NCBI GenBank assembly: GCA_963717145.1
Contig: OY970325.1
Span: 2,912,001-2,976,000 of the forward strand
DNA from: an uncultured Armatimonadetes bacterium
GTDB lineage: Bacteria > Armatimonadota > UBA5829 > DTJY01
DNA: 64,000 bases
Direction: 5' to 3'
The number at the start of each line of letters is the position of its first letter. Positions within the stretch are counted from its first letter, which is position 1. The notes below the pieces were generated by a model that was given only the letters and a program-made list of their open reading frames with translations, did no database searches and was not told the origin of the DNA. Both the position numbers and the translations under genes were made by a program. Shown one piece after another: positions 31,081 through 40,729 of the stretch.

Positions 31081-31809
31081 CTATTTCTTCACCAGCGCGA
31101 AGCTGACGCTCACCGAATAGGTGACATCGATCCCCTCGGGATTGACCCCGAGGTTCGTTATGGGAAACCTGTCCGAATCCCGGTCGAACGACCAGGACTC
31201 ATCCTCGCATCCGATGCTTGTCACGTCTCCGATCGTCTTGCCCGTGAGCGCCGCCAGCCTGCTCGCCTTGGACCGAGCATCCTCAAGCGCCTTGGCCTGT
31301 GCCTGAGCCTCCGCCTCCTCGGACTTCACCAAGCCGTAGACGATCACGCTGTTCGGAGTCTCGCCATAGGAGTACGAATCCGAGGTGTCCAGAGAGGCTC
31401 CGGCCCTGATGGCCGCGTCGACGATATCGAAGGCCACCTTGGGATCGGGGGGAATGGTGACCGTCATCTGTTTGACGATCTCGGGGCGCGCCTGATCCGC
31501 TTCATCCGGGCTCCACGATCCGTCCTTCTGGCCGACCGAGATGTCCGTCACCTTGATCTCCTTGACGGCGCTGCCCTTGGCCTTGATCGCCTTCTCGATT
31601 TCCGCGACCTTCTCCTGCACTTTCTGGGCGGCATCGATCATTAGGATGCCGTCACCTTTCACACGAAGGGCGACATACGCCACATCCGGCTTGACCGTGA
31701 CCTTCCCCATGCCGCTGACCGACACTGCATCCTTCTGGCAATCTTGAGCCCACGCCCCGCTTGCCAGAACCACCAAAACCGCCAATACCACATACGCCTT
31801 GCTTCTCAT
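31081..31809 (-). CDS. SIMPL (DUF541) domain protein, paralog 1
   Basis: Signal peptide, VSGMGKVTVKPDVA, ALEDARSKA. Confidence 0.88.
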   Translation of the reverse strand: MRSKAYVVLAVLVVLASGAWAQDCQKDAVSVSGMGKVTVKPDVAYVALRVKGDGILMIDAAQKVQEKVAEIEKAIKAKGSAVKEIKVTDISVGQKDGSWSPDEADQARPEIVKQMTVTIPPDPKVAFDIVDAAIRAGASLDTSDSYSYGETPNSVIVYGLVKSEEAEAQAQAKALEDARSKASRLAALTGKTIGDVTSIGCEDESWSFDRDSDRFPITNLGVNPEGIDVTYSVSVSFALVKK

Positions 31810-31842
31810 TTCCTTTTCTCCTCTCTTACCTCTCTTCACAAT

Positions 31843-31939
31843 GTAGGAGGGATTTGGCGGGATGGTTCGTGCCCGCCAATCCCGAATGGTTGGCCTTCGG
31901 GATTAGCGGGCACGAACCATCCCGCCAAATCCCTCCTAC
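31843..31939. repeat. GTAG-type REP doublet (44-bp arms, one mismatch)
   Basis: gtaggagggatttggcggg...cccgaa, 9-nt loop, ttcggg...cccgccaaatccctcctac. Confidence 0.9.
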
Positions 31940-31959
31940 GTGGCTGGTCAACACGGGAC

Positions 31960-32700
31960 CTACTTCTTGACCAACTGGAAGGTGAAGCTCGTCATATCGA
32001 CCACTTGGATCCCGGATGGGTCAGCGCCGACGTACCGCGCAGGGTAATCGGACACGTTCTGGAGCACGCTTTGGAACGAAAACTGCCACATGGCGTTACC
32101 TTCCGATCCAATGCAGGTGACTTCCCCGACACTTTTTGCGACTACGGCTGCCGTCTTGTCCGCCGTTGACTTTGCGTCCTCCAGCGCTTTGGCTCGCGCC
32201 TGAGCGACGGCCTCTTCCGGTTTGAGCAGGCCATATACGACCAGACTACCGGAAAGGCCGCGGTACGAATACGGGTCGTTCGTCTCCATCGACGCACCGG
32301 CTCTGATCGCCGCGTCGATGATGTCAAGCGCGGCCTTCGGATCGGGAGCGATGGTTATCCTCATCTGCTTGACGATCTCCGGCCGAGGCGCTTCATCCGA
32401 CGAATACGGCGATCCTTTCTGGCCGACCTGGACGTCGGTCACCACGATGTCCTTGGTTCCGGGCTGCTTGGCCTTGATCGCCTTCTCGACGTCATCGATC
32501 TTCTTCTGGACGCTCTGGGCGGCGTCCGCCATGAGGACACCGTCACCTTTCACGAGAAGGGTGACATAGGCCACGTCCGGCTTGGCGGTCACCTTGCCGA
32601 TCCCCATGACGGTGATAGTGTCCTTGGCGCAGTCCTGCGCCCACGCCCCACTTGCCAGAACTGCGATTGCTGCCAGTACTACGAACGCTTTGCTTCTCAT
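31960..32700 (-). CDS. SIMPL (DUF541) domain protein, paralog 2
   Basis: Same motifs as 31081-31809; shares RPEIVKQM, DAAIRAGAS, VYGL. Confidence 0.88.
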   Translation of the reverse strand: MRSKAFVVLAAIAVLASGAWAQDCAKDTITVMGIGKVTAKPDVAYVTLLVKGDGVLMADAAQSVQKKIDDVEKAIKAKQPGTKDIVVTDVQVGQKGSPYSSDEAPRPEIVKQMRITIAPDPKAALDIIDAAIRAGASMETNDPYSYRGLSGSLVVYGLLKPEEAVAQARAKALEDAKSTADKTAAVVAKSVGEVTCIGSEGNAMWQFSFQSVLQNVSDYPARYVGADPSGIQVVDMTSFTFQLVKK

Positions 32701-32754
32701 TTCCCTTTCTCCTTTGCCTAGTGCTGCCCTGTCATCTAGACAGGACGCTAGTTC

Positions 32755-33732
32755 CTACGCGTGCCAAGCTTCAATGCGCTTGGAGGTGAGTTCCTGGCCT
32801 GGAATGACAACTTCACCAGAGCTGGAAAACCCCTCGCAGTGAAGCTCATATCGTACGAGATGATCGTTGCACGGGGTTTCGATGCCAACGTTGATCACGG
32901 CCATGAGCACTTCTAGTTCAGTCCCGGGGTAGATGACCTCGTGCGCACCTCCCAAGTGCCACTCCTTTCCATCCTCTCTGGAGGCGTGTGGCGTAGCGCG
33001 TTCGAAGGTGGGCCTCTTCCCTCGATGAGTCGTGCATAAGGCACGGAAGTCTGAGGTAAACAACGCAAGGGCAGGATACCGGGCTAGCCCCCGTCCCGAG
33101 TTGCGTATACCGAGACTTACGAGCAGTTCGCCTCCATTCAAGGCTGGTGCCGATGGGATCATTCGCTCACCGAACACTCTGTATGCAAGCTGAAGTCTCG
33201 GTTGAGGGCGGCGCTGGAACCGATCAGCTACCATGAAATGCTCCATCCTTCGGAAAGAGCTGCCTGTTCGATAATAGTAGCGGTACTGGTCTGCGTTCCC
33301 AATAGCCATATGTGGGCCGCCCTCGCTTCTCGGAACATAGGTAACAGCGTAGCCCATATCGTCAAGCCCCTCACACAACACTTTGTGATGCTCGACGCCT
33401 GTAACACCGGGGTTGACGATCTGCGCAGTATGCCTGCCCAAGTCCCCCATGAAACGCCTCAGACCCTGTATCGGCCCAAGCTTGCAAGCAACATCTTCGC
33501 CGGTCTGCGGGTTCAAGCGACCATCAACGCCCCACACAATGACTCCACCTTCGGAGTTGGCGAAACCGCTCAGCGCCTCGGCAAGGGAAAGCCTGTCGTC
33601 CTTTGTCATGGGCGATCGGGCCAGTTTGAAGTCCAGGAACAGGTTCTCCTCTTCCTTTTCCTCGACCAGGCGGGTGACCTCACTCTCGCCATCGGACACG
33701 AATCGCTCGAAGACGGTTCTCGCATTGCTCAA
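32755..33732 (-). CDS. Schlafen/AlbA_2-like domain protein
   Basis: EENLFLDFK, SGFANSEGGVIVWGV, PHMA, YYYRTGS; probable TTG start at 33732 (ORF is open from 33822). Confidence 0.85.
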   Translation of the reverse strand: MSNARTVFERFVSDGESEVTRLVEEKEEENLFLDFKLARSPMTKDDRLSLAEALSGFANSEGGVIVWGVDGRLNPQTGEDVACKLGPIQGLRRFMGDLGRHTAQIVNPGVTGVEHHKVLCEGLDDMGYAVTYVPRSEGGPHMAIGNADQYRYYYRTGSSFRRMEHFMVADRFQRRPQPRLQLAYRVFGERMIPSAPALNGGELLVSLGIRNSGRGLARYPALALFTSDFRALCTTHRGKRPTFERATPHASREDGKEWHLGGAHEVIYPGTELEVLMAVINVGIETPCNDHLVRYELHCEGFSSSGEVVIPGQELTSKRIEAWHA

Positions 33733-33787
33733 TGCTCCAGCTCTCCCCTCCACCTCGTTGATGTTGCCGTCCCTGTCGTAATGGAGA

Positions 33788-34237
33788 TCATTGGCCCTCC
33801 TTTGCCGCAAGTTCGACCACACTCAGTAGCCCCAATTCCTCGACCTCCTTAGGCCAGTTACCCGTGGTATGGAGTTCCAGCAAGGCTCTGTAGAATGTGC
33901 GATATATTTTGGCAGGTGCGAGAAAGAGAAGTGTGCCCTTGTTGCGATCGAGAGAGTTGTACCGTAGCTGGTATTCCAGCCTAGTGAGCTCAAGGGCGTG
34001 TTGGGAAATCCTATCCTTGAGCCGTTCATCCGCATCTCTTGCAGCTCGCGACATGCCGACAGCCATGTTGACAACCGAGCCGAAAAGGCCGACCATGCCG
34101 CCGATCGCCACTCCCACAATCCCGGCGGTGGTAGCGGAATCAGCAACAGGCAGCGCATAGAAGACAAAACCGGCAACTACACCCAGTAGCACCAGCCCGG
34201 ACAGTACCACAAACAGAACGGTCTTGCCTACGGTCAT
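33788..34237 (-). CDS. Two-TM membrane protein
   Basis: Two N-terminal hydrophobic helices; AGGAGG RBS. Confidence 0.7.
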   Translation of the reverse strand: MTVGKTVLFVVLSGLVLLGVVAGFVFYALPVADSATTAGIVGVAIGGMVGLFGSVVNMAVGMSRAARDADERLKDRISQHALELTRLEYQLRYNSLDRNKGTLLFLAPAKIYRTFYRALLELHTTGNWPKEVEELGLLSVVELAAKEGQ

Positions 34238-34278
34238 TGCTTCTTCCTCCTATTCTAATGAGTTTCTAAGAACACTCT

Positions 34279-34382
34279 GGTACTCAGCGGCCCTAGGCGA
34301 CGTGGGCGAGGACTATGTCCTCGACGCCTTCGAGGTCCGCGATCGTGCAGGCCGGCTTGAGGATGCGGTCGTAGGCGCGGGC
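34279..34382 (-). pseudogene. Degenerate duplicate of the comM/yifB 3' end
   Basis: 34297-34382 matches 35061-35146 at 83/86 nt (764-bp offset). Confidence 0.9.
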
Positions 34383-34384
34383 AC

Positions 34385-34582
34385 TCAACTCACTATGGCA
34401 TACTCGACCGAACGTGGATTCTCCATCCGCTCGGAGGCATCGAGGATCTCCATTCCGACGATGTTGCCGTCCTTGTCGTAATCGAGAATGATGCCGGGCT
34501 TCTCCTCATCGCTCTCCTCGACCGGCGCATTGCTCAACGTGATTCGCAGGATATCGACTTCAGGGTCGTAGACTATTCTCAT
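34385..34582 (-). CDS. DUF2283 domain protein
   Basis: [14 protein letters not shown]...[20 protein letters not shown]. Confidence 0.88.
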   Translation of the reverse strand: MRIVYDPEVDILRITLSNAPVEESDEEKPGIILDYDKDGNIVGMEILDASERMENPRSVEYAIVS

Positions 34583-34596
34583 GCCTACGTCCGTTC

Positions 34597-34812
34597 TTAG
34601 GCGGCGACATCGACCCGTTCCGCGTCGGCCTTCGGTTCGGGGACGGGCAGGCCCTCTTCACGCATGCCTTCGATATGGAACTCGATCGCTTCACGGATGA
34701 GAGAGGATACTTCTTGCCTTGAGTCAGCGGCGGCGACGCATCCCGGCAGGTCCGGGACGTAGGCGCTCCAACTGTCGCCCTCATGCTCATATACGACCAG
34801 ATAATTCTTCAC
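34597..34812 (-). CDS. hicB: HicB-family antitoxin
   Basis: WSAYVPDLPGCVA, EAIEFHIEGMREEGLPVPEP. Confidence 0.9.
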   Translation of the reverse strand: MKNYLVVYEHEGDSWSAYVPDLPGCVAAADSRQEVSSLIREAIEFHIEGMREEGLPVPEPKADAERVDVAA

Positions 34813-35003
34813 TTTCCGTCTCCTATCTGAGCCTGTCGCCAGATACTGCGCTGGGTTTCAGGGTGCATGTCCTTGCTCGGATGACCGGCGATGGTAACCA
34901 CTCCGGGCTTCGTGGGATGTCTGAACTGCCGATGACTCCCCCGCATTCTCACCTGATACCAACCGTCATCCTCGATTCGCTTGATCACATCACGCACTTT
35001 CAT
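34809..35003 (-). CDS. hicA: HicA-family toxin
   Basis: DGWYQVRMRGSHRQFRHPTKPGVVTIAGH. Confidence 0.92.
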   Translation of the reverse strand: MKVRDVIKRIEDDGWYQVRMRGSHRQFRHPTKPGVVTIAGHPSKDMHPETQRSIWRQAQIGDGK

Positions 35004-35014
35004 TATAGCACGTC

Positions 35015-36556
35015 CTATCCCCACAGCTTCCTGTCCAGTGACCGGTACTGGACCGCCTCCGCGACGTGGGCGAGGACTATGTCCTCGACGCCTTCGAGGT
35101 CCGCGATCGTGCGGGCGAGCTTGAGGATGCGGTCGTAGGCGCGGGCGGAGAGGTTGAGCTGATTGATCGCCGTTTTGAGCAGGTCCTTCACGTCGTCGTT
35201 CGGGGCGCAGACCTGGCGGATCTGTTTCGCCCCCATGTGCGCGTTGCAGAAGATCCCGCCTCCGTTGCCCTCGAACCTGAGCCGTTGAGTCTCACGCGCG
35301 CGCTCGACCCGCACCCGGATCGCCTCCGATGTCTCGCCGCTCGCGATGTTCACAAGCTCCTGGTCCTTCAGGCGCGGGACTTCGATGTGGATGTCGATCC
35401 GGTCGAGCAGCGGGCCGGATATCCGCTGGAGGTACTTGTTGATCATCCCCGGGTTGCACGTGCACGGGCGCGTCGGGTCTGAGGCGAATCCGCACGGACA
35501 CGGATTCATCGCGGCGATGAGCATGAACCGCGCGGGATAGGTGAGCGTACCGGCGACTCGGCTGATCGTCACCTGCCCGTCCTCCAGCGGCTGGCGCAGG
35601 ATCTCCAGCACGTCGCGCCTGAACTCGGGCAGTTCGTCGAGGAACAGCACGCCGTGGTGCGCGAGGCTGACCTCGCCCGGCTGAGGATAGGTCCCGCCGC
35701 CGCTGAGTCCGGCGTTCGAGATCGTGTGGTGCGGCGAGCGGAACGGGCGCGTGGTGACGAGCGCCGCGCTCGAATCGAGCCGGCCACTCACGCTGAAGAG
35801 TTTCGTCGTTTCCAGCGCCTCATCGAGGTTCATCGGCGGGAGGATGCCGGGAATCCGTCGGGCGAGCATCGTCTTGCCGCTCCCGGGAGGGCCGATCATC
35901 AGGATGTTATGTCCACCGGCGGCGGCGACTTCGAGCGCGCGCTTGACGTGCTCCTGGCCCTTCACGTCGGCGAAATCGAGGTCGTAGTGCGGCCGATCGA
36001 GCGCGAAACTGGCGACATCGACGTGCGCCGGCTCCTTGCTCCCGATGTCCTCCATCAGGTCCATCACGTCGGTGAGCGATGCGACCGGGTAGACGCTGAT
36101 CCCATCGACGACGGCGGCCTCACGGGTATTCTCGTCGGGGACGATTAGGTACTTCTTGCCGTTATCCCTCGCGGCGAGCGCCATCGGGAGGACGCCGTGC
36201 ACCGAGCGGACCGTCCCATCGAGCGAGAGTTCGCCGACGACCATCATGTCGTCGAGGAACTCCCGGGAGACCTGACCGCTCGCGGCGAGGATTCCGACCG
36301 CGATAGGGAGGTCATAGATCGGGCCGACCTTCTTGATGTCAGCGGGCGCGAGGTTGATGGTGATGCGCTTGCTCCAGGGGAATTCGTAGCCGGTATTGCG
36401 GATGGCGGCTCGGACCCGCTCGCCGGATTCCTTCACGGCGGCGTCCGGGAGGCCCACGACGGTGAAGGAGGACATCCCGATGGCGACATCGACCTCGACC
36501 TCGACGACATAGGCGTCTACGCCCAGGATTGCGCTGGAATCGACTCGAACGAGCAT
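35015..36556 (-). CDS. comM: YifB/ComM Mg-chelatase-like AAA+ ATPase
   Basis: VGLPDAAVKES, NLAPAD, GPPGSGKT, RPFRSPHH, LFLDE, NPCPCG, SGPLLDRID, ARTIADL. Confidence 0.96.
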   Translation of the reverse strand: MLVRVDSSAILGVDAYVVEVEVDVAIGMSSFTVVGLPDAAVKESGERVRAAIRNTGYEFPWSKRITINLAPADIKKVGPIYDLPIAVGILAASGQVSREFLDDMMVVGELSLDGTVRSVHGVLPMALAARDNGKKYLIVPDENTREAAVVDGISVYPVASLTDVMDLMEDIGSKEPAHVDVASFALDRPHYDLDFADVKGQEHVKRALEVAAAGGHNILMIGPPGSGKTMLARRIPGILPPMNLDEALETTKLFSVSGRLDSSAALVTTRPFRSPHHTISNAGLSGGGTYPQPGEVSLAHHGVLFLDELPEFRRDVLEILRQPLEDGQVTISRVAGTLTYPARFMLIAAMNPCPCGFASDPTRPCTCNPGMINKYLQRISGPLLDRIDIHIEVPRLKDQELVNIASGETSEAIRVRVERARETQRLRFEGNGGGIFCNAHMGAKQIRQVCAPNDDVKDLLKTAINQLNLSARAYDRILKLARTIADLEGVEDIVLAHVAEAVQYRSLDRKLWG

Positions 36557-36686
36557 GGCAGGCCACCTCTCGAGGATATGGTTAATGGTTGATGGTGGAT
36601 GGTCAATGGAGACCCGTGCGCCCACCGATCACCGTTCACTACCGGCGCCCCGATGATGCTGGGACGGATGCCGTCTATCGAGGGGT

Positions 36687-36715
36687 ATTATAGCAGGCGT
36701 CGTGTCGATAGACAA
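36687..36715 (-). promoter_or_regulatory. comM promoter
   Basis: Minus strand TTGTCT-N17-TATAAT with an extended TG. Confidence 0.65.
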
Positions 36716-36726
36716 GGGGCGGGGGC

Positions 36727-36822
36727 GGAGTGAGGGAGTATGGGAGTATCGGAGTGTGGGAGTACGGGAGTGTGGGAGTGTGGGAGTACGGGAGTGTGGG
36801 AGTGTGGGAGTACGGGAGTGGG
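36727..36822. repeat. Octamer tandem array (GGGAGT + GT/AC/AT), about 12 units
   Basis: gggagtatgggagtatcggagtgtgggagtacgggagtgt... Confidence 0.9.
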
Positions 36823-36879
36823 AGAAAGAGCGCTGTGAGAGAGGGTGACTCCCACAGCGCTCTTTGAGATGTTGCGCGT

Positions 36880-37599
36880 CTAGAGGCCGGGAGGAGGGGG
36901 AGGGCCGTCGCCGCCGCCTCCACCGCCGTCGGGATTGACGACCGTGAGTGTCCGCTCGGCGGAGATCATGTGACCGTCAGCCAATCGGACCATCGCCCGC
37001 AGGTGTATGGTCGAACCGACCGCCCCGGGTGAAAGGGTGAAGGAGTAGCCTCCATTCGTGACCTGGCCCGCAGCGCCTGAGACCGTCCAGACCGCCCGGT
37101 ATGGCTCCCGGACATTCCCCTCGCTGAGGTTCACTCGTACCATAAAGACCGGAGAGGAACCGACCGTCACCTCTGTATCGGGAGGCACAATACTCAGGGT
37201 AGGAGCTTGACCGCCGGTTGGGGGCGGGGGCGGCGTATCGGTCGTAAAGACGATATCCATAGGCGTGAATCCGCTGCCGTTCGGAACGCCTACACGGACA
37301 TTGTCATAGGACAGAGTCGTGTCGTTTACGAGGACGGTCATGCTGAAATCTGTTCCCACAGGCACGTCCTGAAGGGTGTAGAAGCCGCCACCTGCCGTGA
37401 CCGCTGATATGATGGCTCGGGACCCCGTATCGACCTCTATGACGGCGCCGACAATGCCGACTCCAGCGCCATCCACGACCTGGCCCTTCACATCGGTCGT
37501 GAGGGTGACTCCGCCGCCACCTCCTCCTCCGCCACCACATCCGGCGAGGGCAACGATCAGGCCCACCGCCAGGATAGCGAGAAGGTATCTTGCTCTCAT
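36880..37599 (-). CDS. Lipoprotein with carboxypeptidase-regulatory-like and Ig-like domains
   Basis: Lipobox LAGC followed by poly-Gly; GQVVD..G..IVGA; GFYTLQDVP; Gly/Pro-rich tail. Confidence 0.8.
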   Translation of the reverse strand: MRARYLLAILAVGLIVALAGCGGGGGGGGGVTLTTDVKGQVVDGAGVGIVGAVIEVDTGSRAIISAVTAGGGFYTLQDVPVGTDFSMTVLVNDTTLSYDNVRVGVPNGSGFTPMDIVFTTDTPPPPPTGGQAPTLSIVPPDTEVTVGSSPVFMVRVNLSEGNVREPYRAVWTVSGAAGQVTNGGYSFTLSPGAVGSTIHLRAMVRLADGHMISAERTLTVVNPDGGGGGGDGPPPPPGL

Positions 37600-37624
37600 A
37601 ATGGTACTTCCTTTCGCGAAAAAG

Positions 37625-37704
37625 CAGTCTTCAGTCGTCAGTTATCAGTTATCAGTCCGGACCGATCACTGTTCACCGATCACCGATTACCGATCACTGA
37701 TAAC
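37625..37704. repeat. Inverted pair of heptamer arrays (cagttat / cactgat-caccgat)
   Basis: cagtcttcagtcgtcagttatcagttatcagt ... accgatcactgttcaccgatcaccgattaccgatcactgataact. Confidence 0.8.
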
Positions 37705-38784
37705 TCAGATCCTTATCGGATACTCGCCGAACTCCAGGGTCGCTTCGACCATCGCTGTGTAGTTCGCGGCGGGCACATAATACGGCACCGTGTTGCTCGA
37801 ACCGACGCAGTAGCCGCCACCCGGCGCAACGTCCCGGATCAGGCCCTTCGTCTCCTCGATGACCTCCTCGGGCGTTCCCCGCGTGAGAGTATATCCCAGG
37901 TCGAGGTTCCCTATCAGGCAGACTCGGTCGCCGATCTTCTCCTTCAACTCGCGGATGTCCATGCCTTTGGGTTCGATCGGTTGGAGCGCGTTGAAGCCGA
38001 TGTCATCGAGCAAATCGGGCATAACCTGCCAAAGATCACCGTCGGAATGATACATATATGGGACGCCCATCTTCCGCGCAAGGTTCCCTATCCGCTTGAA
38101 CCACGGGAAGACGTGTTCTCGCAGGAAAGCCGGCGATACCATCAGCCCCTCCGTGTATGCGATGTCGTCCGATATCCAGAGAGCACCGATGTTCTCCTGC
38201 TCGGCGATCACCTCGAAGATGTCGTATATGACCTGGCCGGTCTTATTCATCATCTCCTCGACGAGTTCCGGCTCATCGACCATCTTCCAGGAGAGCGTCT
38301 CGAAGCCGCCCATGAGGCTCCATCCCTGGGTGAAGATGTCGCCCTGGTGGCCGATGAGCTTCATCCCGTCGGGGAGCAGGTCGTTCGCCTTCTGATAGAT
38401 CGAGAAGTCGACATCCTCGACATCCATCCAGGGGTAGGTCTCGAACTCCTCCATCGAGGTGATGACGCCCGCGCCCTCGGTGGCGTATCGGATCTGGACC
38501 TCGTTGTCGGTATTCGCGCTGAACTGGCCGGATGCCGAGCGGATTCCCTCCTTCGGCACGCGCTTCTCGGGGTTCCAGTCGTAGAGCGGCGTGACCTTGA
38601 GGTAGTCGTAGCCGGCCCTCTCGAAGAACTTCACGGCATCGTCGAAGCACGTCACGGGCGCGCCCATGAAGCCGGACATCACCTCGTAGCTGATGCCAAG
38701 TTCCGCGAGCGGGACTCGGTCGGGCTCACCGGCACAGGTAAGCGCGGTTAGCAGGCGTTCGAAATCGGGTTTCGGTTCGATCAT
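37705..38784 (-). CDS. Uroporphyrinogen decarboxylase-family (MtaA/CmuA-like) protein
   Basis: PDRVP, SDDIA, HSDG, LIGNLD, GTPEEV, GGYCVGSSN; start refined to ATG 38784. Confidence 0.88.
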   Translation of the reverse strand: MIEPKPDFERLLTALTCAGEPDRVPLAELGISYEVMSGFMGAPVTCFDDAVKFFERAGYDYLKVTPLYDWNPEKRVPKEGIRSASGQFSANTDNEVQIRYATEGAGVITSMEEFETYPWMDVEDVDFSIYQKANDLLPDGMKLIGHQGDIFTQGWSLMGGFETLSWKMVDEPELVEEMMNKTGQVIYDIFEVIAEQENIGALWISDDIAYTEGLMVSPAFLREHVFPWFKRIGNLARKMGVPYMYHSDGDLWQVMPDLLDDIGFNALQPIEPKGMDIRELKEKIGDRVCLIGNLDLGYTLTRGTPEEVIEETKGLIRDVAPGGGYCVGSSNTVPYYVPAANYTAMVEATLEFGEYPIRI

Positions 38785-38815
38785 CGTTTCCTCCAGGTCG
38801 TTGTCCCCCACCGTC

Positions 38816-38922
38816 AGTCCTGAGTTCGCCGGTGAATGACGGCGTGTAACGAAGGACGGCCTGGGCAGTACCACAAGGCCGTCCTTCGTTACACGCCGTC
38901 ATTCACCGGCGAACTCAGGACT
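38816..38922. repeat. Perfect 47-bp inverted repeat, copy 1 of a palindromic element
   Basis: Arms 38816-38862 and 38876-38922, 13-nt loop. Confidence 0.92.
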
Positions 38923-40702
38923 AGCGGTTCTTCTCTTTGTAAAGCCGCTCAAACTCATCCACAAATCCCGCCAGGACATCGACGCCCCCCTGCCAGAAGG
39001 CTCGGTCGCAGATGTCGATCCCAACGCGGCAAAGCATTTCTGCCGGCTTCATCGAGCCGCCCGTCCTCAGCAGGTCGATATACGTCGGAGGGAACTTGTC
39101 CCCTTCCCGCTTGTACATCGCGTAGAGCGACATCACGAGCAGCTCGCCGAACGTGTAGGCGTAGACGTAGAACGGCGAGTTGATGAAGTGCGGCACGTAC
39201 ATCCACCAGCACTTGTGCTCATCCCCAAGTTCCACCGAGTCACCGAACATCTCCTGCTGGAGTCGCTGCCAGAGTTCGCTGTACTCCTCGACCGTCAGTT
39301 CGCCCTTCTCGCGCCGTCTATTGTGGATCGCCTGCTCGAACCGGTACATCGCGGCCTGACGGAAGATGGTCGCGAAGGCGCCCTCGATCTTCTCCGCATA
39401 GAGGGCGAGCTTGTCATCGAGGTCCGCGTGCTCGATGAGCGACTCGAATACGAGCATCTCGCCGAAGGTGCTCGCGAGTTCGGCGACGGGAAGCACCGAT
39501 GAGAAGTTGAAGTAGGTCTGCTCATGTGCAAGGTCGGCATGCACCCCATGGCCCAACTCGTGGCCGAGCGTCATCACGTCGTCCATGCGGTCGAGGTAGT
39601 TCACGAGGACATACGGATGCAGGTCCGGCGTGACGTAGGAGCAGAATGCCCCACCCCGCTTGCCTTTTCTTGGTTCCGCGTCGATCCATCCGTTGGTGAA
39701 GAACTCCTCCGCCGAATCGGCGATGACAGGGCTGAACTTGCCGAATGAGGAGAGGATGATCTCCTTCGCACGGTCGAACGGCACGTTTTCCTTCGTCTCG
39801 AAGAGTGGCGCATATCGGTCGTAGTGCGTCAACTTGTCGTAGCCCAGGATCGCGCGCTTGAGGCGATAGTACCGCGCGACGAGTGAGTAGCTCTCCTGCG
39901 CGGTCTTCACGACGAGTTCGACGGTGTGCGGATCGAGTTCGTTCGAGAGATGCCTCGCCTGTTCGGGGAACTCGTACTTCCGCAGGCGGTCGTCGGTCGC
40001 CTTGTCCTGGATCAGCGTGTTGAAGATGTATGTCAGTGTTCGGGAGTTCGACATCAGGCCGTCGGTGATCGATCCCGCGGCGACTCGGCGGACCTCCCGA
40101 TCGGGTTCTCGCAGAAGCGCGAGGACTTCCGGCAGAGTGACCGACTTCCCGTCGACCGCGAACATCATGTTGGAGGTGGTCTGCTCGAACAGGCGCGTGA
40201 ACGCCCGCCGCCCGGTGTTTGCCTTCTCCTCCAGGACCTTCTCCTCGCACTCGGTCAGCCGATGCTCGCAGAAGAGTCGCTCGGCCCAGATGTAGTGCAG
40301 GTACTCCTCGAGCACCGGATCGCATACCAGTCGAGCCATCTGTTCCTCGGGGACCTCCATCAGCTCCAGCTCGAAGAACATCAGCCGGATCGTGACCTCG
40401 GAGTGGCGCTCCCGCATCTTCTGGTAGAATGCGCCGCGCGCGGGATCGCTCGTGTCCGCCGAGAAGAGCAGCGATGCGTAACTCAGCGGCTTGTCGAGTT
40501 CCTGCAGGATGATCTCGTACTCGACGATCGCGTTCCAAAGCGTCTCGGCGGTCAGATCGGGGTCATTGATCTTGCCCCGATACTGCTCGGCGAATTGATC
40601 CGCGCGCTTGAGTTGCTCCGAAAGCGTTGCCTCGATGCGCGGATCGTCGATCCCGTGATAAAGGTCACGCAAATCCCACGCCGGCGGCTTGTTCACTGTC
40701 AT
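38921..40702 (-). CDS. pepF: M3B oligoendopeptidase F
   Basis: WDLRDLY, GKRGGAFC, HELGH, ELASTFGE, PFYVYAY. Confidence 0.95.
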   Translation of the reverse strand: MTVNKPPAWDLRDLYHGIDDPRIEATLSEQLKRADQFAEQYRGKINDPDLTAETLWNAIVEYEIILQELDKPLSYASLLFSADTSDPARGAFYQKMRERHSEVTIRLMFFELELMEVPEEQMARLVCDPVLEEYLHYIWAERLFCEHRLTECEEKVLEEKANTGRRAFTRLFEQTTSNMMFAVDGKSVTLPEVLALLREPDREVRRVAAGSITDGLMSNSRTLTYIFNTLIQDKATDDRLRKYEFPEQARHLSNELDPHTVELVVKTAQESYSLVARYYRLKRAILGYDKLTHYDRYAPLFETKENVPFDRAKEIILSSFGKFSPVIADSAEEFFTNGWIDAEPRKGKRGGAFCSYVTPDLHPYVLVNYLDRMDDVMTLGHELGHGVHADLAHEQTYFNFSSVLPVAELASTFGEMLVFESLIEHADLDDKLALYAEKIEGAFATIFRQAAMYRFEQAIHNRRREKGELTVEEYSELWQRLQQEMFGDSVELGDEHKCWWMYVPHFINSPFYVYAYTFGELLVMSLYAMYKREGDKFPPTYIDLLRTGGSMKPAEMLCRVGIDICDRAFWQGGVDVLAGFVDEFERLYKEKNR

Positions 40703-40729
40703 TCAATCCTCCTCTTGCAGAAGTCTTCC

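Noticed and set aside
24101-35003. Integron cassette array
   Set aside because: Genes are co-oriented, but I found no intI and no recurring attC-like sites.
26652-35146. 3'-end duplicates as DGR template/variable repeats
   Set aside because: Mismatches are not adenine-specific, indels are present, and there is no reverse transcriptase or Avd gene in the window.
36675-36923. ORF with HTPTLPYS repeats
   Set aside because: It is a translation of the octamer DNA array and overlaps the comM promoter.
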